Assembly: GCA_964035545.1 (NCBI GenBank)
Contig: OZ037767.1
Span: forward strand, 7,450,581 to 7,514,580
Direction: 5' to 3'
Length of the DNA stretch: 64,000 nucleotides
Source of the DNA: Bugula neritina
Lineage: Eukaryota; Animalia; Bryozoa
Shown here: positions 35,801 to 49,603 of the stretch, piece by piece
How the letters are laid out: each line of letters starts with the position of its first letter
Numbering within the stretch: position 1 is the first letter of the stretch
Program-made: the position numbers and the translations under genes
The notes under the pieces: generated by a model
Database searches by the model: none
Seen by the model: only the letters and a program-made list of their open reading frames with translations
Told to the model about the DNA's origin: nothing

Positions 35801-38800
35801 ATAAACATGAGTATATAATAAGAAATACTTTGTCAAATAAAAATTGTATTGCATTGGGAAACCTTTTTAGACATTTATGCATAGTACAGTTTGTTGTTGT
35901 GTTGTATACACCGCTTTGGCGGATAAAATTAATTGGTCTCAAGTTTTCTAATTTTTTAATAACACAAACAATGCCAGGTGATTGTAGAAGTTTGGATACT
36001 TTAGGAGCTAAGCTAGACTGTGTTAACATAGTTGTTGTATAATTTGTTCAAGTTTCATGCTATGGATGTCCTCCATGAGAATGAGTACGATCTCACCAAA
36101 ACCATATGCAGTCTGGTGGGCAAAGGCGGTCCCACGATATGCCGCGACGAGATGGAAGAGTGGTCTTCTTCTGAAGCTAATCTGTTTGAAGAAGCTCTTG
36201 AGAAATATGGGAAAGATTTCGTGGACATTCGACAAGATTTCCTACCTTGGAAATCCCTGAAGAGTGTGATAGAGTATTACTACATGTGGAAGACGACTGA
36301 CAGATATGTCCAGCAGGTACTCTTCTGACATAAAGTTAGTTTATCTTTAGTGTCTGAGTTTTCATGTTACCATAAAAATATAAAAACAATATCATCTAAG
36401 AATTTTAATAACTACAATATGGTTAATAGAAGTGACCTTACAAGGATTGAGATAGTGTTAAGGCTTTGTTAACTCCTCTTTTAGTGCCACTGTACTTGTG
36501 ATATTTGTGTGTTTAGAAACGCGTGAAAGCCGCTGAGAATGAGAGCAAGCTGAAGCAGGTGTACATACCCAGTTACAACAAGCCAAACCCCAACCTGCTG
36601 TCGGGAAAGCTGACGGAGAGTCAGATGGGGGGCAGACCCTGTGAAGGGTGTGGCACGGAGAAGGCGGAGGCATGGTATGCATGGGGACCGCTGCAGCTCC
36701 AGTGCAGACTATGTGAGTATTCTAGTAAACGGTGGCATTGACACACTTGTATTGCATGCAGAGTGTGTGAGCATTGCTTTCTCATAGATTTAAACTGCAC
36801 TGGCGGCAAATCGAAGCTTGGGATTTTGTCTTCAAAAATTGTTCCTAAGAATGTTGTTTCAAGTTTATTTTGTATTGCTGTGAATTTGATTTGAGTATGT
36901 GTTGCATTAAAATATTACCATTTAGTGTTTCCATTTTTCTTAGCTGATTGTTTGGTGCTATTAGCTAGTATAATGCACTGTTTTGTTGAGTCATATCATT
37001 GGAAAGTTGTATTGGACTAGCACCTGCTGCTAATTTTCACTTTAACTGCTAACAGCGTCTCTGATATGTAGGTGACTTGTGCTGGTCGTACTGGAAACAC
37101 CTGGGTGGTCTTAAAAGTGCTTCTGCTAAAGGAGAGTATGAGAGACCACCTCCTAGCCAGCGGCTGGAGAGAAGTGCACAGGTAGTCTGATGTACATTTT
37201 TGAGTTATATGAGTCTTATAGTCAAACTCTCTGATTTATCATGACTTCATTTGTTTTTCTGTAATTTCCCTTACTCTAATTAAGCTTTTATACTTGTGTG
37301 ATTTAATACTACACTCCCTATGTCCAATACTTATACTACTGCTATGTATTGTGAACATACTATGCACAGCTGACAATGTTACACATGTTACGCATGCTGT
37401 AGATGTTACTCACACTGCCCTTGTACAAGTATATGTATGATGCACACACTGTTATATCATGTGGCAGTACAAGCAGCTGTCTGCTGATACTGGTGCTATT
37501 CACTGCCGCTGTTCTGTTCCCGGATGTCTCAAGGAGTTTAGGCACAAGTCCCACCTCACCCGTCATTTGGTTGTTGCCCACAATATTGTTACCAGATCTG
37601 TCTCGCCAAAACCCATTATGAAGACCAGGGCTGCATTCTCTCTCATTGCCATACCTGTCACCAAAATCGCCAGGGTAAATATTACTAACACACTTGTTAC
37701 CAGACTCTGGGGTAAGTATTCTATCTTCATCAGACTGTCTTGGATAAGCTCTGCCTTCTCAATCATCTGCACCCTACTGGACTGTTCATCCAGTTTACCT
37801 GTAAATAAACCAAGACTATCACGATGAAGTGTTTTGTATTACATTAGGTGATTAGATTCATATCTAAATTGACTGAATTTTACGTCATTTTGATATTTGC
37901 AACAAATCAAAAGTTTTGTGTAGAGCAAAGCCAGTTTTTCAGCTTGCCAATCGTTACTTTAGATTCTGTGTAAAGACGTTTTGAGGCCGAGACACATCGC
38001 TCGAAACCCTACAAAAGTCATCAATTTTGCCGCCATGAAGCATGCATGTAAGTACAGCGCAGAATAGCTGTTGGAATACGGCTGATAGAATACAACTACT
38101 GGTGACCCCTTGAACTCGTGCAATAATGTCAACTCTTTGTGTGCTTCTCCAATCCTGACTGAAAATGAATTACGCTAACTTGCATTGACTTACACTAACT
38201 TAGAATGACTGACACTGACTTATTCTGATCTATACTAACTTACACTTACTTATACCAACTTACACTTACTTACACCAACTTACACTTACTTATACCAACT
38301 TACACTTACTTACACCAACTTACACTTACTTACACCAACTTACACTTACTTACACCAACTTACACTTACTTACACCAACTTACACTTACTTACACCAACT
38401 TACACCAATTTACACTGGCATATCTACACTTGCAGATCAAATGAGGCTGCCCCAAACTATTGCCGGTACATTCAAAGTAAGTAAGAAGGCGAAGGCCAAA
38501 GTGCTGGCTCTGGTGTCTAAGATGCCTGCTGATGCAATGGTGGGGGACCCAGCCTCCCCGTCCCTGCCTGGTATAATGGGAGCCAAGGATATGATGAGCA
38601 GGAAACGATCTATGGAGCCTGGTGGGTGATTATTCTGCCAATTAGTTTGCCAGTATATACTGAATGTTAGATGTACTATATAGTATATACTATACTCACT
38701 ATTATATATACTATATGCATGTAATCTATGTCTGTAATATGGAGTGATTTCTCAATAACTCTTGTTGTAGCTAAACAGAACTGATCTAATAGTTGTTTAA

Positions 38801-39048
38801 GAATTTACTTGCCGTTATAAAATGGATTATATACCATAAGATAAGTATAAGTTAGTACCATGTTGCTTTCATCTTGTACAGTATATCACCTGTCCACCTG
38901 TTCACTAGGTGGTGGGTTGGATGCTAAAAGGCCTGCCACTGGTGGTGTGATAAGACATGGAGGTGATGCAGGCTCCTCTCCAGTTCCATCTGCTATGTCA
39001 GCCGATGGCGCTGATATGTACTATGGGGGAGATAATGCTAATAAGTAA
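32896..39048 (+). CDS. MTA1: Metastasis-associated protein (NuRD subunit; BAH-ELM2-SANT-GATA-type finger), MTA1/2/3 co-ortholog
   Basis: 13 exons: 32896-32923 (MSANMYRVG), 33613-33680, 33805-33898, 34286-34482, 35004-35121, 35232-35434, 36053-36316 (SANT: [22 protein letters not shown]), 36517-36712, 37072-37181, 37468-37674 (C2H2 finger), 37963-38047, 38436-38621 and 38909-39048. Confidence 0.95.
32940..33150. repeat. Short period-6 TNA tract in MTA intron 1
   Basis: TCAcac TCActc ... TCAcac TGAcac; TAActa TAAgta TAAgtg. Weaker than the other tracts. Confidence 0.5.
38180..38415 (+). repeat. 20-bp minisatellite TACACTTACTTAYACCAACT (8 clean copies, 38241-38400) upstream of an MTA acceptor
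   Basis: Seen directly; the array ends ~20 nt before the AG at 38434-35. Confidence 0.92.
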
Positions 39049-40689
39049 TGTAAGTTCAAGCCTGTTCAAATGCCAGTCTCCTTTGTAATGCAACTGCATT
39101 CATATATATGTTTAAACGTGATGGCAGTTTTAGTCATATCTGCTTGAGGCTTCACATTTTAGCCTTTAAATTTGAAGTTGTCTTTATTTAAGTGGGCCTG
39201 TTTATATATACATGTGACTGTTGAGCTTTTGGGAGATACATGCTTGTTTAGCTTTACTCACCTGTTTTTTGGAATACTTTATTTGTCTGGGCTAAGAGAA
39301 ATCTACAGCACTGTGCTTCCTGTATGTTCTTACATGATGCATGATGACAGCCGCTCCATTAAATTCATTGTAGTTTTGTACGACATATTCTGTTTTCAGG
39401 TAACTCTGTATTGATGCTTGTGGCCAGATACTGCCCGAGTAAGCATTGTATTGATGTCATACCTGAAGAACAAGCCTTTGGCCGGAATATTGCACTACAC
39501 TATTGTCTTGCTGACAAAATGGGAGTAGCTGACAACTCCAAGCTGTGTTGTCATTGCATGACGTTATGTAGTCAGTGTTGTGCTAAGTTGATATGTTATC
39601 TATCTATTATAACCTTCCTGTATTATATTGTTATTTTGTAAAATTTTTGATTTGTTCTGACTGTAATCAATGTCCTCAGTAATATTATAATAATGTTGTA
39701 GTAATATTGTTTACTAAGTTTATGATGATCGCTGCATATGTACAATTTTGTATATAGTTTATGTTAAAAATTACCAATATAGTGTGAAGAAACACCATAA
39801 AATTTGTTTTTCATAAACTTTTACCAGCCACGTGCACTGTGGCATCATTGAGTCACATTTTTAAAAATGAACAGCGTCTACATGATACAACAAAGAAATT
39901 AAACTCATTTGTCAATTGATTTACTTGTAATTTACTTACCACCATTTTAAACCTTCCACTTGCTTACAATAGTTGACTTGATATGTGGCATTCTTTTAAT
40001 ATGGCAACACTTTCATAACTTGCAGCAGCAGCAAGGAATTGGTGAGTCACCTTATTGTTTGGATGATGTAACTCCTAGCTTTCGAAAAAAATTTCTGACA
40101 ACATTGTCGCCAATTATGCATCTTCTATTGATCTCAGACTGCTGATTGCATACATGGTCCATGTAAGGCATAAAGCAAAATGTATTTATGTTATCTGCAT
40201 GATTTAGCTGTACCTTTATAGCTACTAGAGATTTTTAAACTGGTACTACAGTTCCGTGCAGGTTGACTTTCACGTCAACTAAAATCAGGTTAACTCATTC
40301 GGCGCCGAATACCACTTCTTGCGAGTAGCTTCTATGCGAATAATCGATTAACTTGGAGTTATCCTCTATAAATAAAAAGACAAATACCCGTGTGGTCTGT
40401 CTGTTACGTCTCATAGCCTTCGAGCACACATAGAACAAGTGTAGGTTGATTAGCGAAAGAAGACATCGTTTTGTAGTGGTTATTTTCTGAAAAAAATACA
40501 ATTTAACAAAGCTCTAGGGCTAAGTACTCTACTCATGCTGGACTTGATCAGGTTCATATTGATGATGTTTATGCCTAGTCCTATGGCTATCTTTCACTTT
40601 AAACATCAATATAGCTCTTACCATTTTAATTTTTATTATAAGAAAAACCTTCCCAATATTAAATAGCTGTTGATCGAAATAACAGAGTC

Positions 40690-41215
40690 ATAATGTTCAG
40701 TTATAGTCATAGTGCATATGTTTAGTAATTATAAATTAAGTTTTAGTTTAGCTGTGAAGTGTACTACTACTAGTACTAGTAGCAGTATGAGTATCACTAT
40801 CAGTATGACTATGGGTATCGTATCGCCTATCGGTATTAAATTTGATATTCACCATCAATATCATATTCATATGACATTGATATTCATATTGATGGTTGAT
40901 ATTCACTTTCGGTATTCACTACGAATGAACTTTAAGTTTGAGTATAAAACTAAGTATAACATGATAAAAAAGACTAATTAGTAATTACATTGATTCACCA
41001 TTTATGATCGTAATTTTAAGATTATTTATACCTGAACATATAGAATTGGACTGTATTAGTATTACATTTACTGTGAGTGTGAATATGATAATAAATATAT
41101 ATGAAGTATGATTATCATAGGGTCGTTGCAATAATAATTATTTATGATTTAATAGTAAATCTAAAGCTCAATGTTAACTCTAAGTACCTACTATGAGTAT
41201 GAAACTCATATAAAA
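40690..41215. repeat. Period-6 TNA tract in the probable WDR36 5' UTR intron
   Basis: e.g. TGAgta TCActa TCAgta TGActa; TGAtat TCAcca TCAata TCAtat; TGAcat TGAtat TCAtat TGAtgg. It lies between a CpG-richer segment (~40250-40480) and the acceptor at 41386. Confidence 0.8.
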
Positions 41216-41390
41216 TAATCGTGGCATACTTTTTTCGCTGAGGTTAAGATGAATGGCTTGCTGCAAAATTTTTTGCTAAACCAAGACCCTTGACTCCTTT
41301 GCATTGTAATTTTGTTGTGGTTTTAAAAAGTAAACTCTGGTTATGAAAAAAGTTACTGATATTAAAATTTTTAACTTTATTTTCAGGAAA

Positions 41391-44300
41391 ATGAATGGCA
41401 GCAAAATATTTGAGAACTATCGAGCTCTGGGTTATTACACAAACCACGTTCCACTGCAAATTTTTTACCATGAAAGATTGAAAGAGAATTTTATTGTCAC
41501 GTCTGTTGGCAAGTCCTATCACATTTACAATGCATCTAAACTGGGCATCAGTCGAGTCAGCGATCCACAAGATGATGACATCAGCTGCTTGCTTGTCAGT
41601 GGAAACCGAATATATGTCGCTGTGAAAAACAACATAAAAGGATATGAGCGAAATAAGCAGGATTTTCTTGAGTTCCAAAAGCACGAGCGTGTTGTTCACC
41701 TAATGATAACTCTTGGCAAGCATTTTATATCTATTGATAAGGGCAGTACAGTTATTGTTTGGTCAATAGAGTCTCAAGAACCCTATTTGGAAATGAATTT
41801 CAATAATGAGACATTTGAAATATCTGCTGTCGTGCACCCGATGACTTATGTCAACAAGGTGCTTTTTGGCAGTGCGCAAGGTACGTTGCAGTTGTGGAAC
41901 ATCAAGTCCAATAAGATGTTGTATGAATTTTCTGGTTGGGGCCATGCTGTCACTGTGCTCAAACAAGCTGCCTCTGCAATCCATGTTATTGGTATTGGAC
42001 TAGCTAATGGCAGCATTTACATTCATGATATACAAATGAATGAAACAGTGGTGAAGTTAACTCAAGACTGGGGACCAGTCACAGGGCTTGCGTTCCGTAC
42101 AGACAATGCCCCTGTAATGATCAGCGCATCCACTCAAGGTCACTTGGCTATTTGGAATCTGGAAGAAAGGAGGCTGATCAGTCAAGTTAGGAATGCTCAT
42201 GATGCCTCAGGTGAGAGGTTCTGTCCTTGCTATCAGCTCTCTTATTGTGGGAAGTGAACATGTTGTGGTTATATTTTTCAGCCTTCAAAATTGTAGTTTT
42301 TGCCATTTTATTCACTCGAGTTGTACTTTATGTTCAGTTTTCCACTTTATAAAGTTTTGAAGTTGCTGCCATTTTATTTATGTTCAGTTGACTTAAATGA
42401 ATTTTTCCACTGTTATGTACTTTATAATGGTTTCAAGTTTTTTAAATTATCACCTTTGTAGTCACTGGGCTGGAGTGTATCGAACAGGAGTCATTGATGG
42501 TGACATCATCCAGCGATAACAACTTGAAGGTTTGGATATTTGACCAATCAGACGGAGGGGCTAGGATACTACACAGACGTCAGGGGCACTCCGCACCTGT
42601 TTCACATGTCAGGTTCTATGATGACACCAACCTGGTGAGCGCAGGCCAGGACTCTGGCATGTTTCTCTTCTCGGTAGACCATGACAGGCACAATAAAAGT
42701 ATGGGCAAAGCTGTGTGGAATAAGAAAGCAGAAGTTAAAAGAATCATGCCTTCTTTCTCTCAGGTATACGTCTTTTCCTACCAGGTTATAATACAGCATT
42801 TGCTCTTACACATCTCACAGTGTAAATTTGAATATCAATAGCTTTTGTCTGACTTCTAAGTAAGTATTGTGAGGTAGCAGGGTTGGGGTAATTGTAATTT
42901 GTAATTGTAATTGGTTGTAATTAATTACATTTTTTCAAGTAATTGAATGTAATTTGTAATTGATGTATAAAAATGTAATTGTAATTGTAATTAATTACAT
43001 TGCTAATGTAATTGAATTTTACAATTACTTTATAATTACATGTCAATTACTTCAAACTTTTAAATCTTGAAAAAATCATTCTTTTCCTACCATATCTACT
43101 GTTAAATAACAAGTTCAGATTAAGTCAATATAGTATAGGGTCATTCCATGCTAACTCACCACATGGCCGGTGCCTTTGTGTCTCAGAGTTTGTTCATATT
43201 TACACCAAATAGGCCTACATATGTCCTGAGTACTCTTCTTAAATATTTTTGGCCTGACAGAAAACTTTTTGAAAAATGACTACATTTGTGGACAAAGGTT
43301 GGGAAAAACTTTAAGGAAAATTGGTGATTTCTACTTTTAGAGCAATTTATAAATGTCTATATCTCAACCATTTTTCTAGACTAAGTCTTAAAATTTGCTG
43401 TGCGATTTGATAATACCTATCAACTTGCACTAGTAGCAACACATACTACAGAACAATTTGTGTGCATATATGCTAAACCATCAAATATGGGCAAATTTTT
43501 GTAAATTTTGAAAATTTTTTAAATATCCCCCACATCAATTTTTAAGGCTCAGTCTAAAAAAATGGTTGAGATATAGACATTTATAAGTTGGTCTAAGAGT
43601 AGAAATCACAAATTTTCCTCAAAAGTTTTCCCAACCTTTGTCTACAAATGTAGTCATTTCTCAAAAAGCTATTGTGTCATGTCAGAAATATTCACGAATA
43701 GTACACCGGACATGTGTAAATATAAGCAAAATCTGAGAAGCAAAGGCGTGGGACCCCTTAAAATTTGGTTGATTTGGCATGGATTGACCCTATAGTATCA
43801 CTATTGGGAACAAAGGAAGTTCACCACTGTCAACATTGCCCCTGGTAGTTGGACCCTAGAAGTGACATTGTATAACTTCTATTTATCCCTTGTGAGAACA
43901 AAGGTAATTGTAATTGTAATTAATTACATTACCATGTAATTGTAATTGTAATTAATTACATTACCTTTTAACTGTAATTATAATTGTAATTGTAATTGAC
44001 AAATCTTCATGTAATTGTAATTGTAATTAATTACATTTACATGTAATTGACCCCAACCCTGTGAGGTAGGCACTGTTGGCATAATATGATGGAGTTTTCT
44101 TACCAACTATCAGCATTATTATGTTGATTTGCTCCATATTTTCTGTGTAGATTTCCTGTGAAGGGAGGAGGGGCAGCGACTGGGATGACATTCTAGCCAT
44201 ACACAAAGCTAACGCCACGGCAACTCTGTGGAGCTGCAAGAGATCTACCCTTACCAACCACCTGGCACCTCACAAAAAGTCTCACGCTATCAGCTGTGCC

Positions 44301-47300
44301 ATTTCACCATGTGGAAACTTTGGCTTCATCGGTTATCAAGATGGAGTGGTAAGCAATTGACAATAAGTATGTTTCGCCATTTAATGTTTTTCCATTTTTG
44401 TTCGGTTTTGATAGTAATTTGCATAAGTCGTGTTGCTGTATACGAGGACTGTTTTATGGTCAAGTCAAATGACGTTGATGCTTTTTTTACTATCAGGTGC
44501 AGTGTTTTAACATGCAGTCTCGGATAGCCAGGGGCCAGTTTCAAGGTGTTCATAATGGGTATGTTATTCTACATATTGATCTGTTGAGTTGAATATGGAT
44601 GCTTATCAATATTTTTTTTCAGCAAGTTATTTATATTACATAGTTACTATCTTAATGTATTTCTTATGTTTATTTTTGCTGTTATGGGGTGGGATTTTGT
44701 ATCACAGTTATATATTACAACACAACACTTTATATTACAAAAGTATGTCATTTGATATCAGTAATCTGCATTCTGTATTGCACTATACTATTTGAAGAAT
44801 CCCTGGCACACTTTATCTATGTAGTATTGCTTATTTCTATATTGATCACCTATCATCTACAGGCTGTTTTAAGAATTTTGTTTTATAGTGAATTTTGTGC
44901 AAACTTGTCTTGGATTAATTTGGTGTGTCTGATCACCTGCTGATGAAGTTTCTAGTTGGGTTTAAGTCTGTAGTATTACAAAACTAATGGTAACTATTGC
45001 TAACTTTTATCGAATGCTATTCTTAGCTACTGCAACACACAGCTTAATTACTGAACTGACTTGATAGTTTAAACATATGGTATGATGTGATATGCTACAG
45101 ATCAGTGCGTGGTATAGCAGTAGACGGTCTCACTAGACTTCTAGTCTCTGGTGGTGCAGACTCTAAGCTGGTCATATGGCATATCAAGTCAAAGAAAGTT
45201 ATAACGGTGCTCAAGATGGCCGCTAGTGTATCGCGACTGAGGCTACACGAAGACAGTGCTATGGTGGCGGTAGCTCTTGATGATTTCTCCATCAATATTG
45301 TAGACTTAGAAACTCGAAGAATTGTGCGAAAGTTTCCAGGTAAGTAAAACTCGTAACACTCACTCGCTAACCTTTGGTGAACCTGTGAGCCCTCCTAGTT
45401 TCTGCATTTGTTTTACTGCTGCAGCTACAAAATATGGCATTATTTGTGTTTGTTTGTTGAAAAAAAGAGTATTTTAACCTTTACAATCTATTTTCCTAAT
45501 GTAAGACACTGTTCAGTCTATAAATGGATGTGAACTTTAAAGTCTCCATTGAATATTGATGAAACTGTCTTCAGGTAAATTTATCATGTGATAATAGATA
45601 AATCCTTGTTTTTACTATATTCTCAGAAGTTTGTTAATGAGTGCCTCAAAATCACACTAAAATATTTCAACATTTCTGAGTCACACCCCCCCCCCCCGTG
45701 TGTGTCAATGCTTTACTGAGTTCACAGCTTGTCTGGTGTCTGCAGGTCACGAAGACAGGGTTATGGATATGACCTTCAACTCTTCTGGTAAATGGCTGAT
45801 ATCCTCTTCAATGGACTGCACTGTGTGCACATGGGACTTGCTTACTGGTTCCCTGGTGGATAAACTCACAGTTGATCAGGTAGTGCATGTTATTCATTGC
45901 TGTTCATGCTGTGTGTAGCACGTGGCATATTATATATAGACATGGCAACCTTATGTTCTTCACCTTCTTGGCCGTGGTGCAGTCTTGTTTTAAATGTTTT
46001 TCTCCTTTCAAAGTAGGCTTGGAGTGGATCAATTATTTAGCCATGCCATAGTTCAACTTATTTAGTAAACCTTAGTACATGTGTACATGTGACGTGTTGA
46101 GGTGCTGTGCAGTCTTAGCTATATGTAATTGTGTTATCAACATTCAGGTGTGTTATAGGCAGTTACCTCTCTGGACATGTCACCACAAGGACAGTTCCTA
46201 GCTGTTAGTATGATAGGAGAGCCGGGAGTGTTTATCTGGAGTAACAGGACTCTCTACATGCACGTGCCTCTCAAAGGTATGGCAACATGTCTTGTATATG
46301 TCTTGTATATGTTATGTAGTTATTATGTGAACATTTATCATTCTCTCTGTCTTTACCCCTCACCTCCCACTCTCTATCTCTTTTCTCCCTCTCACGGTAT
46401 ACTCTCTGTATCATATAATGTTATACTCTCTGTATCATAATGTATACTCTCTGTATTATATAGTATATACTCTCTCTTTCACCTGCAGCACTCACAGTAG
46501 AAGGGGAAGAACTCGGAGATATTGATGACAACTTTGAGACGGCTGAGCAGTTGGCCGATGAGCTGGTCACTCTCTCACTACAGCCGGAAAGTCGCTGGGC
46601 CAACCTTCTCAAACTGGATATCATCAAGTATAGGAACAGGCTGAGAGCGCCCCCTAAGCTAGCAGTAAGTATTGAAAGGAATCCAGACTATGAGTGTTAT
46701 GCATCTATTGGCTTGAAGTGAAAGCAATTAGAAGTTTATTCATGTGACTGTTTTATACACAAGGATATAGGTACACAATATAAGTACTTGTTTAAAGCTA
46801 CTAGGCAATATTTTGGCTTGTGCCAACTTTTAAATTAAATCTACTCTAATGATTTGTGTTTTTGCAAAAACAACAATTAAACAAATGAAAGCGTGCTGTT
46901 GACTTGTGCTGGTTTGTCTAGTTTTATAGAATATTCTTTCAGTTTCTCTGTAGATCTCTTCTATAGTCCTCGTCACCATAATACCGGATGTTTTTTCTAT
47001 TCTGTTACAGAAATCTGCTCCCTTCTTCCTACCCACAATTCCTGGCCTTGTGCCAGCATTTGCGGTGACTAAATCAACAGATGAATCATCTACCAACGGA
47101 ACTAAAATAAACTTCAGCTCCAGCTCAGGTACCATTTAGCTCTTTTCTGAAGTGTTGGATTGGTGGTGTCACTATTTGGAGTGTTGGTTAAATTAAATTC
47201 TTATTTTTTAATGTAAGAATTGAAAACAAAGTAGTTGGTTGGTTTCAGACAAAAATACGTATATTGTAACTTACAGGTGGGCTACATACACTAACTAGAC

Positions 47301-48585
47301 TTACCTAAAGTGTTACTGATGAGTTCTACTGAACTAAATAATAGTTACATAGAGCATAGTAGTTATATAAACCAAGCTGTTGTGTTTTTGGGGCAGTCTA
47401 AGGAATAAAGTGTAAAATGTCATTAATTAAATATCAAAGTGGAAAAATATGTCACATCAACTTGCTAAATGACTTTGAGGTTTTGGTTTTGACAACCTTC
47501 AGCAATTAAGTTGCTCCGTATATACTTGGTCGAGTGAATCAATAAAACTCGTGATTGTGAAAGGGGTTCACACTCTTCAAGCTGATTTTGTATAGTATAA
47601 TTTGGTTTCTGATTTATAAGCAGAATAGTATGTGTCGTCTACCTTTTATATTGAGGAAATAATTTCTCTGTTTTGGTATCTACTGTTTTGAATGAAGTGT
47701 GTGAAATTGTACTCACGTCTGTGTAGAACTTGTTTTGTTCTCTACATTTGATATGTAAACACTTACTACGGATAGTTCTATAAGCAACTCCGAGTTGGGG
47801 GTGACTGAATGCAACATTCTCAAGTTTGGAGTTGGAGGTTTAAGTTGGATCTCGGAACCCCCAACTTGTAGCTGCTTATAGAACGATTCACTTACAACTG
47901 CAGGACTCTGAATGTGCTGTGCTCTGTAGGTCTAGACAAAGTTCTTATTGAATGTATTGAAAGTGGGGACAGCACTGAATACCTCTCGTTAATGAAGACG
48001 TTTGGGGTTGCCACTATTGAGTCTGAGATCAGATGTTTAGAACCTGATCCAGGAGCATTCCCTGACCTTCTCTTAGCTTTTCTCAAGGTCACGAGACTAG
48101 CCTTAGCAGCCCATAAAGATTATGAGCTGGTTCAGTCATATCTGTCTCTCTTTCTCAAGGTTAGTCTTTCCTGTACCTTTCTTCAACTACCAGTCATACA
48201 ATTAGTGTTCCTGTTTCGGGTTGAAGTTCCAGTAAAATGATTTAGGAGCAGATGCCGTTTTTAGTACAAGTTTTTGTTTTTAAATGCAACCAAAAAAGGG
48301 TACAAGTTATATTAAAAATTGAAAACCAAAAATGATATTGTATTGAATAAAGAAAGTCACCAGATACTGCCACTATGCAGTACGCTTGTTCTTATATTTC
48401 GCTATAGATACATGATCTGTACATGTAACCTGTAGATACACAATAAAGAACTCATGGAGCACAAAGAGCTGCTGGAAGAGTTACAGGAAGTTGAATCTGC
48501 TGCCGCTGACAGCTGGAGGCGGTTGGATACTTTGTTTAATAAGGGACGGTGTCTGGTTTCCTACCAGCGCAGTGCTATACTTTAG
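41391..48585 (+). CDS. WDR36: WD repeat-containing protein 36 (U3 snoRNP / Utp21 homolog)
   Basis: 11 exons: 41391-42210 (SKIFENYRALG...HPMTYVNKVLFGS), 42462-42763, 44151-44348, 44497-44558, 45101-45339, 45746-45879, 46159-46276, 46489-46664, 47011-47128 (KSAPFFLPT), 47930-48159 (KDYELVQSYLSLFLK) and 48436-48585. Confidence 0.96.
42878..44061. mobile_element. hAT-type (GTAATT)n MITE, copy 2 (WDR36 intron), with a nested insertion
   Basis: 8-bp TSD TGAGGTAG at 42870-77 and 44062-69; same TIR and interior as 18774-19239. Confidence 0.92.
43138..43790. mobile_element. Palindromic (hairpin) MITE nested in hAT copy 2
   Basis: Ends GGGTCATTCCATGC...GCATGGATTGACCC, flanked by TATA on both sides, with long internal inverted arms (~43276-43390 vs ~43540-43660). 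It is absent from copy 1. The superfamily is ambiguous (TA, AT or TATA TSD). Confidence 0.85.
47775..47884. mobile_element. 110-bp mini hairpin element (possible tiny MITE)
   Basis: GTTCTATAAGCA...AGTTGGGGGT pairs with ACCCCCAACT...TGCTTATAGAAC; no clear TSD. Confidence 0.55.
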
Positions 48586-49363
48586 ACTATGCTGTGCTGA
48601 TTTGAGCTATACTGTGGGCACTTAGGCTATGCTGTGGTCACTTAGGCTATGCTATTTTTCCAGTTATTATGTCTAAAAGATCTCCCAGGCAACCTGGACC
48701 TTGGCGTGAATTTGTTTTACTTGATGTCATTTTACCTGTAAAAGCGTTCTTGGCAGCCAGATATGATGTTTATATTGTAAGTAAATTGTAGCTTTTATAA
48801 ATTGAAAGATAATTAACTTCTTAGCATACTTGCAACTGTATAACTACCAGGAAATTTTACCAGTTTGATCTTCATCTACCAGAACATTATGGCCTCTACG
48901 TAAATCCTCATGATTTCAACATTGTTTTAGTTTTATATAAACGGTAGTTTGCTTTGCATATGGATCTAAGCTTAGAAGAGTTGCGCAAGAATTAGCAACT
49001 TTTTTATTCTTTTTGACGCTAAATTTATATAAGCATTTTACTATTAATGCTGTTTTTCATCCAAACATTAATAAAAATAAATTTTCACCCGACCATTGCA
49101 GTTCATCAGGTTGGAACTTATTTTTTACTCCTCTAATTCTGATCGACAGGATCTTTCTATCTCACTGTGCAGGTTGCTTAGTTATTAGCTGAAAGTTTCG
49201 TCGCCGAAATAGAAGATATTCAAAATATATATATTTTGGTGTTGCAGGTTTTATTACATATTTTCAAAGGCTAATAATTATAACTGTGATGGAAAACCAA
49301 CCATGTTACAGCTATCTAGTTGGATGAAACAGACAATGAAAGCATTTTCCCTAATGAAATATC

Positions 49364-49365
<2 letters not shown>

Positions 49366-49414
<49 letters not shown>
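49366..49414. repeat. (TA)n microsatellite
   Basis: Direct observation. Confidence 0.97.
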
Positions 49415-49418
<4 letters not shown>

Positions 49419-49603
49419 TTAATCCAATACGCCCTAGGGCATTAAATGGATAGATTAAATAGATCATCAATATTGGAGTTTTCTTCTCTCTATTTCAACA
49501 ATTCCTCAACTTGGTGTAATAATTTCATCCATTCACGGCACAAAAATAGTGAAATTCTCTATATACGAGTAATTGACGGGTGAGAAAGAGAATGGCTCCT
49601 AGT

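Noticed and set aside
40020-40047. Micro-exon candidate (TTGCAG...GTGAGT) that might supply an MTA R2 motif (AAARN)
   Set aside because: Too short, a poor match, and no downstream exon could be identified.
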